From: Cyanobacteria bacterium P01_A01_bin.123
Lineage (GTDB): Bacteria > Cyanobacteriota > Cyanobacteriia > Phormidesmidales > Phormidesmidaceae
Length of the DNA: 64,000 bases
Direction: 5' to 3'
NCBI GenBank assembly: GCA_039815185.1
Contig: JBCBZT010000002.1
Span: 96,001-160,000, forward strand
Under the pieces are notes generated by a model that saw only the letters and a program-made list of their open reading frames with translations, was not told the DNA's origin and ran no database searches. Below, in pieces: positions 20,713-31,579 of this stretch; the first letter of the stretch is position 1, and each line of letters starts with the position of its first letter. The translations under genes and the position numbers were made by a program.

Positions 20713-21038
20713 GGGAAAAAACGAAGACTGTAAAGACCAGACCGCAAATTCAGCGCGTTCCTAAAATCTGGGACTTTAAAGGTTTTGGGCTTTGGGGGGA
20801 AGCCATTCAGGGACTTACACTTCATGACCCTTGATTAATCCGGGTTGTTTCAAGACAAATCGATGAAGTTGATGTTTAGGATCGCAGACGCTAGAGGCAC
20901 AGCCTGTTCTGTCCCTATCTTCAGATTTAGGACGACCCATTCCGCAGGGAGAATCGTTAATATTCCTTCAAACAGAAAATCTTCAAGCATGTATCCTAGT
21001 CAGGAACTGAGTGCAAACCTTACAGTTAGGAGCAACCT

Positions 21039-22958
<1,920 letters not shown>

Positions 22959-22967
22959 GCAGTCTAC

Positions 22968-25112
22968 GTGCCCCTACGAAACCTAGACCTTTGCAATCAG
23001 TACCGCAGCAGTCGTCAGAATTTGCTGCGGGATTTTTATATCCCTTGTTTAAAGAAATCGCTCACCTATGACCGCGCGGTTGGGTTCTTCTCTAGCAGCT
23101 CGCTTTCGCTGGCGGCTCAGGGATTGACAGCGTTTATCAAAGCAGGCGGGCGGATGCGATTGGTGGCGTCACCGCATCTCTCGGAGGGGGATATTGAGGC
23201 GATTGAATCGGGTTTACGTTGCCGCGAAGTCGTGATTACTGACGCGATTACCCGTGAGCTATCCCACGAGTTTGAAACTGTTGTGCGCGATCGCATTGCT
23301 TGTTTATCCTGGCTGCTGGCTCATGGGCGGCTGGAGATCAAAATTGCAGTAGTCAAAGATCTTCAGGATGCAGGCGTTTATCATGAAAAGCTAGGCATTT
23401 TTGCCGACGCTGATGGGAACCGCGTGGCTTTTGGTGGATCTGCCAATGAAACTGCCCGGGCCTATCGACGTAATTTTGAATGCATTGATGTGTTTCGTTC
23501 CTGGCGGATGGGGGATCGTGATCGCATCGATGAAAAAGTGCAAAATTTTGAGGAGCTGTGGCAGAACCAAACCCCAGATCTCGACGTGATGGTGTTTCCC
23601 GAAGCCGCACGGCGCAAGCTGCTGGAGCAGTGCCCAGCATATCCACCAGAGATCGAGCCGCAGATCGGGCCACAGATTGGGCCAGACATCCCGTCTAATC
23701 CCAAGGCGGCAACATCTACGGCGACCTATCACACTGGCCACCCCGCGATTCTGGGCATCCCGACGTTGCCCGAGGCTGTTGTGCTGAGGGACTACCAGCA
23801 GCAGGCGATCGCCAACTGGTTCAAAAATAAGGGACGCGGCACCCTGAAGATGGCGACGGGGAGTGGGAAGACGATTACGGCACTCGCGATCGTAGTGGAA
23901 CTTTATCAGCAAATTGAACTCCAAGCGCTGATTGTGGTCTGTCCCTATCGACACTTAGTGCAGCAGTGGGGGCGCGAGTGTGAGAAATTTGGCCTAAAGC
24001 CACTTTTGGCCTTCGACAGCGTGCAGTCCTGGCAGGGGGATCTGTCGCGGCAACTGTACGGTCTGCGGAGTGAAACCGGCGCTTTCCTAACCGTGATCAC
24101 CACGAATGCCACCCTGATGGGGACGGTCTTCCAGTCCCAACTCCCCTACTTCCCTGAAAAGACCCTGATCATCGGTGACGAAGCCCACAATCTCGGATCG
24201 CCTAAGTTGGTTGAGTGCTTACCGCGCACCATCGGCCTCCGGCTGGCGCTCTCTGCAACGCCAGAGCGATACTTCGACGATGGGGGCACTCAGCTTTTGC
24301 TCGACTATTTTGGCCCAGTCCTGCAACCGGAGCTGACCTTGGCAGATGCTTTGCGAGTGGGGGCATTGGTGCGCTACCGCTACTATCCCCTGCTGGTTGA
24401 ACTGACAGCGGGGGAAGCCCAACGCTACAGCAAACTCACGACAAAAATTGCTCAAGCTTTGGCAATAGATGAAGACGCGGAGGGCAATTCAGCGTTATCA
24501 GCCCTGTCGATGCAGCGATCTAAACTGATTGCCAATGCCGCCCACAAACTTGATGCGCTGCGATCGCTGATGCAGCCTCGGCTGCAAACCACCCACACCC
24601 TGTTTTACTGCGGCGATGGCACGGTCGAAGATGCCATTTCTCAAGACAGCATCCGCCATCTGGATGCGGTAACGCGCTTGCTAGGCAAGGAGTTGGGCTA
24701 CCGGGTCAATACTTATACTGCTGAAACCACTCTGGAGCAGCGAGAAACCTTACGACACCAGTTTGAGCGTGGGGACTTGCAAGGACTGGTGGCGATCCGT
24801 TGTCTGGATGAGGGCGTCGATATGCCAGCGACCCGGACAGCGGTGATTCTGGCCAGCAGCAACAACCCCCGGCAGTTTATTCAGCGCCGGGGCCGGGTGT
24901 TGCGGCCCGCCCCCGGCAAATCGCGGGCCGAGATTTTTGACATGGTCGTGCTGCCCCCCGACCTGGAGCGCAAAACGATGGAGGCGGAGCGATCGCTGCT
25001 GCGCAAAGAACTGCGGCGCTTGCTTGAATTTGCCGACTTAGCCGACAACGGCGGCGAAGCCCGGATTAAACTGCTTGATTTGCAAAAGCGTTATCAACTG
25101 CTGGATATGTAA
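22968..25112 (+). CDS. pbeA: PLD nuclease-SF2 helicase, DNA phosphorothioation-associated (PbeA-like/TIGR04095-like)
   Basis: PLD motif YHEKLG...GSANET; helicase motifs MATGSGKT, DEAH, LSATP, CLDEGVD, QRRGRVLR. Confidence 0.8.
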   Translation: MPLRNLDLCNQYRSSRQNLLRDFYIPCLKKSLTYDRAVGFFSSSSLSLAAQGLTAFIKAGGRMRLVASPHLSEGDIEAIESGLRCREVVITDAITRELSHEFETVVRDRIACLSWLLAHGRLEIKIAVVKDLQDAGVYHEKLGIFADADGNRVAFGGSANETARAYRRNFECIDVFRSWRMGDRDRIDEKVQNFEELWQNQTPDLDVMVFPEAARRKLLEQCPAYPPEIEPQIGPQIGPDIPSNPKAATSTATYHTGHPAILGIPTLPEAVVLRDYQQQAIANWFKNKGRGTLKMATGSGKTITALAIVVELYQQIELQALIVVCPYRHLVQQWGRECEKFGLKPLLAFDSVQSWQGDLSRQLYGLRSETGAFLTVITTNATLMGTVFQSQLPYFPEKTLIIGDEAHNLGSPKLVECLPRTIGLRLALSATPERYFDDGGTQLLLDYFGPVLQPELTLADALRVGALVRYRYYPLLVELTAGEAQRYSKLTTKIAQALAIDEDAEGNSALSALSMQRSKLIANAAHKLDALRSLMQPRLQTTHTLFYCGDGTVEDAISQDSIRHLDAVTRLLGKELGYRVNTYTAETTLEQRETLRHQFERGDLQGLVAIRCLDEGVDMPATRTAVILASSNNPRQFIQRRGRVLRPAPGKSRAEIFDMVVLPPDLERKTMEAERSLLRKELRRLLEFADLADNGGEARIKLLDLQKRYQLLDM

Positions 25113-25185
25113 ACTGCCAAGGAAGAACGTTTGACTCCGCCCAGGTTTGATTACACTTAGCTATTGCATTCCTGCTGCCAGTCCC

Positions 25186-25356
25186 ATGCGCAAACTGAGC
25201 CCTAAAGACGTGCAAGCTTCCATCGAGACAGCCCCACCCGAGGTGCGGCAGATTATTCAGCACGTGCTGGAAATTGAAAAAGATCGGCTGGATCGCAACG
25301 ATCGAGGGCTGGTGAATGCAGACATTTTGCGGATTGTGAAGGAAGCGGTGCAATGA
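25186..25356 (+). CDS. Small helical protein (PbeB position)
   Basis: 56 aa (MRKLSP...ILRIVKEAVQ); ATGA overlap with the next gene. Confidence 0.7.
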   Translation: MRKLSPKDVQASIETAPPEVRQIIQHVLEIEKDRLDRNDRGLVNADILRIVKEAVQ

Positions 25357-27425
25357 AGCTGTTAGGGCTGAAACTCTATAATTTTCGACCGTTCCATGGG
25401 GAGCACTGCCTGACCTTCGCCAAAACCAGCGATCGCAACATCACCGTCATTCACGGCAACAACGGCTCTGGCAAAACGGCGTTGCTAAACGCCTTTACCT
25501 GGGCACTGTATGAGCGGTTCACCGCTGCGCTGGCCTCCCCCGAACAGTTGGTAAATCGGCGGGCACTGGCAGAAGCGGCAGATCAAACCCCCGTGGACTG
25601 TTGGGTAGAGGTCACCTTAGACCATGACGGCAAACAGTATAGGGTGCGGCGGGCTTGTCAGGCATCCCAGCAAGGCGAAGATGTCACCCAGATAGCCAGC
25701 ACCGTGGCGATGCAATTTGTGGGAGACGATGGCCGCTGGTCTACCCTAACCGCCTCAAAAAATCCTGATGATGTGATTGGGCGGATGTTGCCCAAAAGCC
25801 TGCACCAGTATTTCTTCTTCGATGGGGAACGCATCGAGCAGCTCGTGCGCACCGATAACCGGGCCGAAATTGCTGAGGCTACCCAAAAGCTGTTGGGGGT
25901 GAAGGTGCTCGACAACGCCATCAAGCATCTGAACACGGCCCGAAAAACCCTAGAAGATGAATACGCTAGCGTCGGCGACGCCGAAACCAAGAACCTGTTG
26001 GCAGCGCGGCGGCAGCAAGAAACAACGCGGGAGTCCCTAGAAACCCGGCAGGCCGAAATCGATCGCGAACTGACCCACCAAGCCACCCTCAAACAAGAAA
26101 CCAGTTTGCGACTGCGGGAATCAGGGGCGTTTGAGTCGCTGCAAAAGCGGCGCGACCAGCTAGAAGATCAAGAAAAAGAACTGCGCGATCGCCTGCAGGA
26201 GGCCAAGCAAATTCTCAAACGGGCGATCTCCAATCGGGGCTATACGGTGTTTTTGCCCACAGTGGTGGAAAAGTTTCGCGCCATTGTGCAGGACAAAGAA
26301 GAAAAAGGCGAACTGCCTGCGGATGTGAAGCCCAAATTTGTCCAGGAGCTGTTAGAGCGGCAGCGCTGCATTTGTGGCATGGAACTGCATCCCGATACGC
26401 CCCATCGTGGGGCCGTAGAAGCATGGCTGCAAAAAACGGGACTGGCAGATGTGCAGTCCACAGTGTATCGCCTGGAAGGCTGGGTAAATCAACAGGCCGA
26501 CCAGGAAGCAGATTTTTGGCAGGAGGTGGATCAAGAGCAGGCCACGATTACTCACTGCAAGCAAAAGCTATCCCAGATTGAAATCGATCTGGAAGAGATT
26601 GGCGACCAGCTCCGCACTAGCCCCCGTGAAGAGGTGCGCCAGCTCCAGGAGCGGCTAGACGAGATTGACAGCACGAGCGATCGCTTGAATATGGAAAAAG
26701 GAGCCAACCAGGAACGCATCGGCAGTCTTAGTACGGAGATTTCCCAATTGCGAAAGCAGGTGCGCGATCGCCGCCAAAATCAGAGCAAACAAAAGCTAGC
26801 GCTCAAGCGAATGGAAGCCGCCCAAGATGCCATCGATCGCCTGAAAGAACTGAAGCAAAACCAGGACATCCTTTTTCGCCAGGAGCTTCAGGAGACCCTA
26901 AGCCACCTGTATGGTGAAATTTCGTTCAAAGCCTACGTGCCGCGTATCAGCGAAAAATATGAGCTGAATCTAGTGGAGCGAGTCGGGGGGCAAGACGTGC
27001 TGGTAGGCGCATCGACAGGCGAAAACCAGATTCTGAGCTTGTCGTTTATTGGCAGTGTGGTGGAGCGCATTCGCCAGTGGAGCAAGGATAAGCTGGTGAT
27101 GGGGCCAGACAGCAGCACGTTTCCGTTAGTGATGGACTCACCCTTTGGCAGTTTGGATGAAATTTATCGGCGGCAGGTGGCAAAGCTGCTGCCCGCGCTG
27201 GCGGATCAGCTGATGGTGATGGCCAGTAAAACCCAGTGGCGTGGTGAGGTGGAGGCGGAAATGCGCGATCGCATCGGGCGAGAATATGTGCTGGTCTACA
27301 ATTCGCCAAAGGATGAGGTGCAGACTGACTCGATACACATTGGCAGCGAAACCTATCCGCTAATTCGCCAAAGCCCCGATGAGTTTGAATTCACCGAGAT
27401 TGTGGAGGTACATCGTCATGGCTGA
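25353..27425 (+). CDS. pbeC: Rad50/SMC-like ABC ATPase, DndD paralogue (PbeC-like)
   Basis: GNNGSGKT, FFFDGE, coiled coils with central CICG hook, ASTGENQ signature, VMDSPFGSLD. Confidence 0.8.
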   Translation: MKLLGLKLYNFRPFHGEHCLTFAKTSDRNITVIHGNNGSGKTALLNAFTWALYERFTAALASPEQLVNRRALAEAADQTPVDCWVEVTLDHDGKQYRVRRACQASQQGEDVTQIASTVAMQFVGDDGRWSTLTASKNPDDVIGRMLPKSLHQYFFFDGERIEQLVRTDNRAEIAEATQKLLGVKVLDNAIKHLNTARKTLEDEYASVGDAETKNLLAARRQQETTRESLETRQAEIDRELTHQATLKQETSLRLRESGAFESLQKRRDQLEDQEKELRDRLQEAKQILKRAISNRGYTVFLPTVVEKFRAIVQDKEEKGELPADVKPKFVQELLERQRCICGMELHPDTPHRGAVEAWLQKTGLADVQSTVYRLEGWVNQQADQEADFWQEVDQEQATITHCKQKLSQIEIDLEEIGDQLRTSPREEVRQLQERLDEIDSTSDRLNMEKGANQERIGSLSTEISQLRKQVRDRRQNQSKQKLALKRMEAAQDAIDRLKELKQNQDILFRQELQETLSHLYGEISFKAYVPRISEKYELNLVERVGGQDVLVGASTGENQILSLSFIGSVVERIRQWSKDKLVMGPDSSTFPLVMDSPFGSLDEIYRRQVAKLLPALADQLMVMASKTQWRGEVEAEMRDRIGREYVLVYNSPKDEVQTDSIHIGSETYPLIRQSPDEFEFTEIVEVHRHG

Positions 27426-27726
27426 AGTCAAGATACCGATTCCAAAGTCAGACCTGGTTGACTTTTGCCATCGGCACCATATTCGCAAGCTGGCAATTTT
27501 TGGTTCCGTTTTGCGTGATGACTTTGGCCCTAACAGCGATGTTGACTTTTTAGTTGAATTTGACCCAAAACACATCCCTGGCCTAATCCGATTAGCGGGA
27601 ATGGAATTGGAGTTATCGAATTTGATTCAGCGTAAGGCAGATTTACGTACGCCCAAAGATTTAAGTCGATATTTCAGGGATGAGGTTTTGCAAACAGCGG
27701 TAGTACAGTATGACGCAACCGGATGA
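27418..27726 (+). CDS. MNT nucleotidyltransferase antitoxin (MntA-like)
   Basis: FGSVLRDDFGPNSDVD (GSx10DxD); start placed at MAEVK. Confidence 0.9.
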   Translation: MAEVKIPIPKSDLVDFCHRHHIRKLAIFGSVLRDDFGPNSDVDFLVEFDPKHIPGLIRLAGMELELSNLIQRKADLRTPKDLSRYFRDEVLQTAVVQYDATG

Positions 27727-28051
27727 TGAGTCTCGATTAAGGCACATGTTAGATGCCGCAAGACAGGCGCAGTCCTTTACGAAAGGGCGGATGCAGAAAG
27801 ATTTGGAGACTGACTCGATGCTGTTGTTAGCGGTTGTAAAGGCGATTGAGATTATTGGAGAAGCGGCTTCTAAGATTTCGAGAGAGCGTCAGTCAGCTAT
27901 CCCGCAGATTCCTTGGCCTCAAGTTATTAGTATGAGAAATCGGCTGGCCCATGCTTATTTTGATATTGACACGGATATTCTTTGGCAAACAGTGGCTGAG
28001 GATTTGCCGCCTTTAATAGAAGAATTAGAAGTGATTTTGCTGAGTGAGTAA
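27710..28051 (+). CDS. HEPN/DUF86 RNase toxin (HepT-like)
   Basis: EIIGEAA, IPW, RNRLAHAY (Rx4H-x-Y). Confidence 0.9.
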   Translation: MTQPDDESRLRHMLDAARQAQSFTKGRMQKDLETDSMLLLAVVKAIEIIGEAASKISRERQSAIPQIPWPQVISMRNRLAHAYFDIDTDILWQTVAEDLPPLIEELEVILLSE

Positions 28052-28076
28052 GTTTGATAAACAGAATAGAGAAGCA

Positions 28077-28175
28077 ATGGCGGAGGGTCGAATTCAGATT
28101 GCAAAGGATAAGCCAGCGTTCGTGAGGGCGTTGCGGTATGGGAGTGATGTAAATGACCCGTTTAAGATGTACTGA
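28077..28175 (+). pseudogene. Truncated 5' copy of Dnd-associated protein 4 (PbeD-like)
   Basis: MAEGRIQIAKDKPAFVRALRYGSDVNDPFKMY* aligns with MALARIHFSEDKAEFVRSLKASDFENGPFQTY of the next gene. Confidence 0.7.
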
Positions 28176-28210
28176 GCCTAATAATTTCTGTGAGAACTAC
28201 ACTTAAATCG

Positions 28211-28663
28211 ATGGCACTTGCAAGGATACACTTTTCAGAAGATAAAGCTGAATTTGTGAGAAGTCTGAAAGCATCAGATTTCGAAAACGGGCCGTTTCAG
28301 ACCTACGCAGATATTGTCATATTTTCAGCAGCTTTAGGCTATAACTATCGTAAACGTGTTCTCCTGGGAAACTATTCCCGAAAAGATCCCGATGCAGTTC
28401 TTCAGGAACAGCTCAGAAACCCATTCATTATCCAGTTGATAGCGATCGCGGAAACGCGGGATCCAAAAATACTTAGCGATCAAAAAGAGAATGAAATTCA
28501 ACGTATTGAATTATTTGAAGAATATGTAAATGGCGGCCTGGAGATTTTATCTAATGAACTAAATGGTGTCGTTGACTATACTGAGAAAATCTTGTTGATG
28601 CTGAAGTTAGCAAAGCAAAGTAATGTGCAGAGCCAAGATTTTGATTTGTCAAAATTTTTATAG
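28211..28663 (+). CDS. DNA phosphorothioation-associated protein 4 (TIGR04062-like; PbeD position)
   Basis: DKAEFV...GPFQTYADIVIFSAALG...FEEYVNGGLEIL...FDLSKFL; fourth gene of the module. Confidence 0.8.
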   Translation: MALARIHFSEDKAEFVRSLKASDFENGPFQTYADIVIFSAALGYNYRKRVLLGNYSRKDPDAVLQEQLRNPFIIQLIAIAETRDPKILSDQKENEIQRIELFEEYVNGGLEILSNELNGVVDYTEKILLMLKLAKQSNVQSQDFDLSKFL

Positions 28664-28695
28664 GTCAAAGTATTGCCACCACCAAGATATATTGA

Positions 28696-29076
28696 GTGAT
28701 TTTCGTGAAGAGAGACCTGAACTATTATAAAGATAAGTTTGCTCGGTTAAGAGTTGACAAGGCAAGAGGCGTTGCACCGCATAAGCCAATTTTGCTATTA
28801 GCCATTATTGATTTGATTGAGCGAGACAGAATCCAGCGCAATCAAATTTACATGTCACCTGAGCTGACTGCTAATTTCTTGAAATTCTGGCATTGTTTAG
28901 GTTCGAGGGCCCATCGTTCCAATATGGCATTGCCATTTTTCCACCTGACAGGGGATAAATTCTGGTATCTAATGCCAAATCCCGGATTTGAATCGACGAT
29001 CAAAGCACGCATCAAGCTTAGAACCTCTTCTGCGTTGCGCTCTGCGGTTAAATATGCGTATGTAGACCCTGATTGA
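28696..29076 (+). pseudogene. 5' part of a sulfur-binding-domain (SBD)-HNH type nuclease, cut by an IS
   Basis: APHKPILLLAIIDLI, FLKFW and ALPFFHL..DKFW motifs; no HNH domain; the ORF ends at the IS terminus. Confidence 0.72.
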
Positions 29077-29485
29077 CTGATAAAAGTTAGCTGAGTTCAT
29101 ATTTGTAGGTTCGTATGGTGAACTCAAGACGTTAAGTTCGCTTACGATGCTGATTTCGAGAGGCCATAGGGGGATGGGGATCGTGGATGCCATTGGAGTG
29201 GACTTGTTGGATGAGTTGCCATCCGTTTTCCAAAGCAGTTTTGACCCAGTCCCAGCCAATGCGAAAATAGTTGTTGCCGCGAAACCAATGAGGGTCAACC
29301 CAACGGCGTTTACCCTCATTGACCACCTCCAGCCCCTGTGCCGTGACATATAGGGTAGCGACAGCCAGGATAAACCAGAGGCGGGAGAGCGCACAGAGCG
29401 AACGAAGCTGGGATTTCTGTATATTCCAGCCATTGGATTGGTCATCGAGGAAATTCTCCTCAATATCAAACCTCAAGCCATACTC
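29068..29485 (-). mobile_element. IS4-family remnant (transposase C-terminus plus one end)
   Basis: EYGLRFDIEENFLDDQSNGW...RRWVDPHWFRGNNYFRIGWDW; probable terminus CCTGATTGACTGATAAAAGTT at 29068-29088. Confidence 0.8.
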
Positions 29486-29769
29486 TGTACGGTCAGCGAT
29501 CCCAGTGTTCTACCCGCCGTAACTTGAGCTATGGTGACTTCCTAAGTCAGTGCGTCCATTACGATGCGCCAGAAGATGCGATCGCTGGAGTCGAACTTGC
29601 CTTTGAACATATTCTCAATGGGGTTCCGAAAACTATCCGTGTACAGCGCACCTGGACGCGATCGCCCAAAGGCGGCAAAGACGCGTTGGATGTCACCATT
29701 GATGATTGGCCCGACGACGTTCTGGTCAAAACTTGGGATGAGTGGATCGAAACGATGCTGCCGCTGGGC
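29485..29769 (+). pseudogene. dndD: Internal fragment of DNA sulfur modification ATPase DndD
   Basis: LYGQRSQCSTRRNLSYGDFLSQCV...VELAFEH...RTWTRSPKGGKD...WDEWIETMLPLG resembles the region just after Walker A of cyanobacterial DndD. Confidence 0.75.
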
Positions 29770-29770
29770 A

Positions 29771-30035
29771 AGTTTCATCGGGTGATCAAGCAGGTGTGCA
29801 ATATTGAGCGATTTCAAGTGCGAACAGAATCTGCTATCAGAACCCATTGCTTCTGCGCATTACAGGCTTTTTGTCGGCTACAGACCATGCGGGTTGAGGG
29901 CTTGATTGACAACTTATATCAGGTGTCGAGGCAGTTATTTGTGTCGGTGATCCGCCAATTTATTTTGCAAAACCTTGAGCACCCAAGTGTTGCATGAACA
30001 CATATTTCTCTATCGCTGTCAATGCGTAAGTCCTA
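29771..30035 (+). mobile_element. IS701-family remnant (transposase C-terminus plus right end)
   Basis: FHRVIKQVCNIERFQVR...HCFCALQAF; ends in GTCAATGCGTAAGTCCT, which resembles a terminal repeat. Confidence 0.75.
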
Positions 30036-30103
30036 TAAGACTTTCTCATCAAGTACCTGTCTGAGCACTTGTCCCGCTTTTTCCATGACCTCATGGTGTC
30101 AGC

Positions 30104-30178
30104 GGTATTGGCTACTTAGCAGGCGCTACTAACCTCGAAAGTCTCGAAGACCTTTGTCAGCTCGCCCTATCGAAGTAA
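30104..30178 (+). pseudogene. dndE: C-terminal fragment of DndE
   Basis: GIGYLAGATNLESLEDLCQLALSK* resembles the DndE C-terminus (HRGIGYLAG..N...EDL); lies downstream of the dndD fragment on the same strand. Confidence 0.6.
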
Positions 30179-31579
30179 TCACAGCTCTACAAGATGACGC
30201 TCAATCTGCCATAGCTGATCAGCTGTAAGCCAGTTTTGATCCATCCGCAACAGATTGATTCTCATATCCGGATCAATCTCTCGCAGCACATCATAGGCTT
30301 GCCATGAGTCATCAAACTTTTCCCAATAAACCAGGGTAATGTCCGACCAGTAGTTCAGGGGTTGCGCCATCGCTAGGTCACCAATCACCCCCAATCGTCC
30401 TATCGAAAAATGGGTGCGTAGTCGTTCGGCTGCCTGTCGAGCGATCGCCCACCACTCGGCTTTTCTGTCAGCATCACAACGCTCCCAAGCTAACCGTTGT
30501 CTCAGGCCCTGAATCCAAGCTCGGGGCGGCAATAGCTTTACTGCGATCGCCAGACCAAAGGTCATTAACAACATTGCAAGTACGTTTCGCGTACCGGGCG
30601 TCGAGCCAATCAGCGGCTTCCCTTTGATAAACTCAAACTTCGCTCTGGGTGCCCAACTGATGTACTCCTCAAAGCTAATCGGCACTGCTTCTACCTGAAT
30701 GTTGGGAATAAATAGCAGCGATCCCCATTGCGGCCCTTCTTCTGCCAATGGGCGCTCAAATCCCGCTACTCGCTGCTCCACGACCCAAAGAGACGATTCC
30801 AGCCGGTTGAATTCCTCTTCCTGCCAGAGTGCTTCAGTTTGAAATGCTAAACCGGGGATACTGCTGGGGCGATAATAGCCATCCGCTTCCGAAGATTGTG
30901 GTTGGTAGAGTCCTTCCACAAGTCGATCAAACTTGATCTGCTGTGCTTCAGGATCGATTAGCCAATACTCAGGCACCCCTGCTGCTTGGTAATAAGCTCG
31001 CTTGGTTACGCGATCCGCTTCTTCGTGACCCGGTATCTGTACTTCGACCACCAGTTCCGCTGGCCCACTAAGAAAGGAGCTGTATAGCTGATTCAGTCCT
31101 TCACCTTTGAATAACACCAAGTCAGGGGTAAACCCGTTATCTCCTAAGCGCATCACAAAGTCTCGCCCGAGGGATTGTCCACCCACTTCTCCAGCCAACC
31201 GAAAGAGGCTCATTGATAAATATTGCTGGATGTCATGGTGCGACCAAGTGAACCCTGCGGCGCCTGATTTGCAGTCCTCTCCTCTGAACTCAAAATTGCT
31301 CACCTGGGCTTCCAGGCTGTTCAGCTTGTCATCAATAGCGTCTGTCTCAGGTAAAGTTAGACCATATCCGACAGCTAATGCTTGTATCCAAGTTTCAATA
31401 GGTGCCAAGGCGATCGCAGCCTCTGCTCTCCAGCCTTGCAAAATCCGTTGCAGGAGCCATCGACTTCCGGCCAAAGAATTGCCCACAACCAGCTGGCCGC
31501 TGATCAGCTCCAACTTGCTTTCCGCCTTACAGTTAATCCAGTTTTCAAAAAGTTCTGAAGTCGGAGGATAAAGTTTCAT
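30179..31579 (-). CDS. Uma2-family PD-(D/E)XK nuclease with a duplicated flanking segment and C-terminal MNT-like domain
   Basis: FTPDL, ELVVEV, KRAYYQAAGVPEYWLIDP; C-terminal GVIGDL...SDITL. Confidence 0.8.
   Translation of the reverse strand: MKLYPPTSELFENWINCKAESKLELISGQLVVGNSLAGSRWLLQRILQGWRAEAAIALAPIETWIQALAVGYGLTLPETDAIDDKLNSLEAQVSNFEFRGEDCKSGAAGFTWSHHDIQQYLSMSLFRLAGEVGGQSLGRDFVMRLGDNGFTPDLVLFKGEGLNQLYSSFLSGPAELVVEVQIPGHEEADRVTKRAYYQAAGVPEYWLIDPEAQQIKFDRLVEGLYQPQSSEADGYYRPSSIPGLAFQTEALWQEEEFNRLESSLWVVEQRVAGFERPLAEEGPQWGSLLFIPNIQVEAVPISFEEYISWAPRAKFEFIKGKPLIGSTPGTRNVLAMLLMTFGLAIAVKLLPPRAWIQGLRQRLAWERCDADRKAEWWAIARQAAERLRTHFSIGRLGVIGDLAMAQPLNYWSDITLVYWEKFDDSWQAYDVLREIDPDMRINLLRMDQNWLTADQLWQIERHLVEL

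Noticed and set aside
20720..21038. glmS ribozyme
   Set aside because: The conserved ribozyme core is not recognisable in the leader.
22959..23000. Tn7/CAST insertion at attTn7
   Set aside because: No TGT-starting transposon end, TnsB-site repeats or tns genes seen; the next gene starts 10 bp after glmS.
25353..27425. Calling this ATPase dndD, sbcC or Lamassu lmuB
   Set aside because: No dndC or sbcD neighbour, a more DndD-like fragment lies separately at 29485, and the context fits PbeC better.
29524..29997. 157-aa ORF as a real gene
   Set aside because: Accidental in-frame join of a dndD fragment and an IS701 transposase tail.
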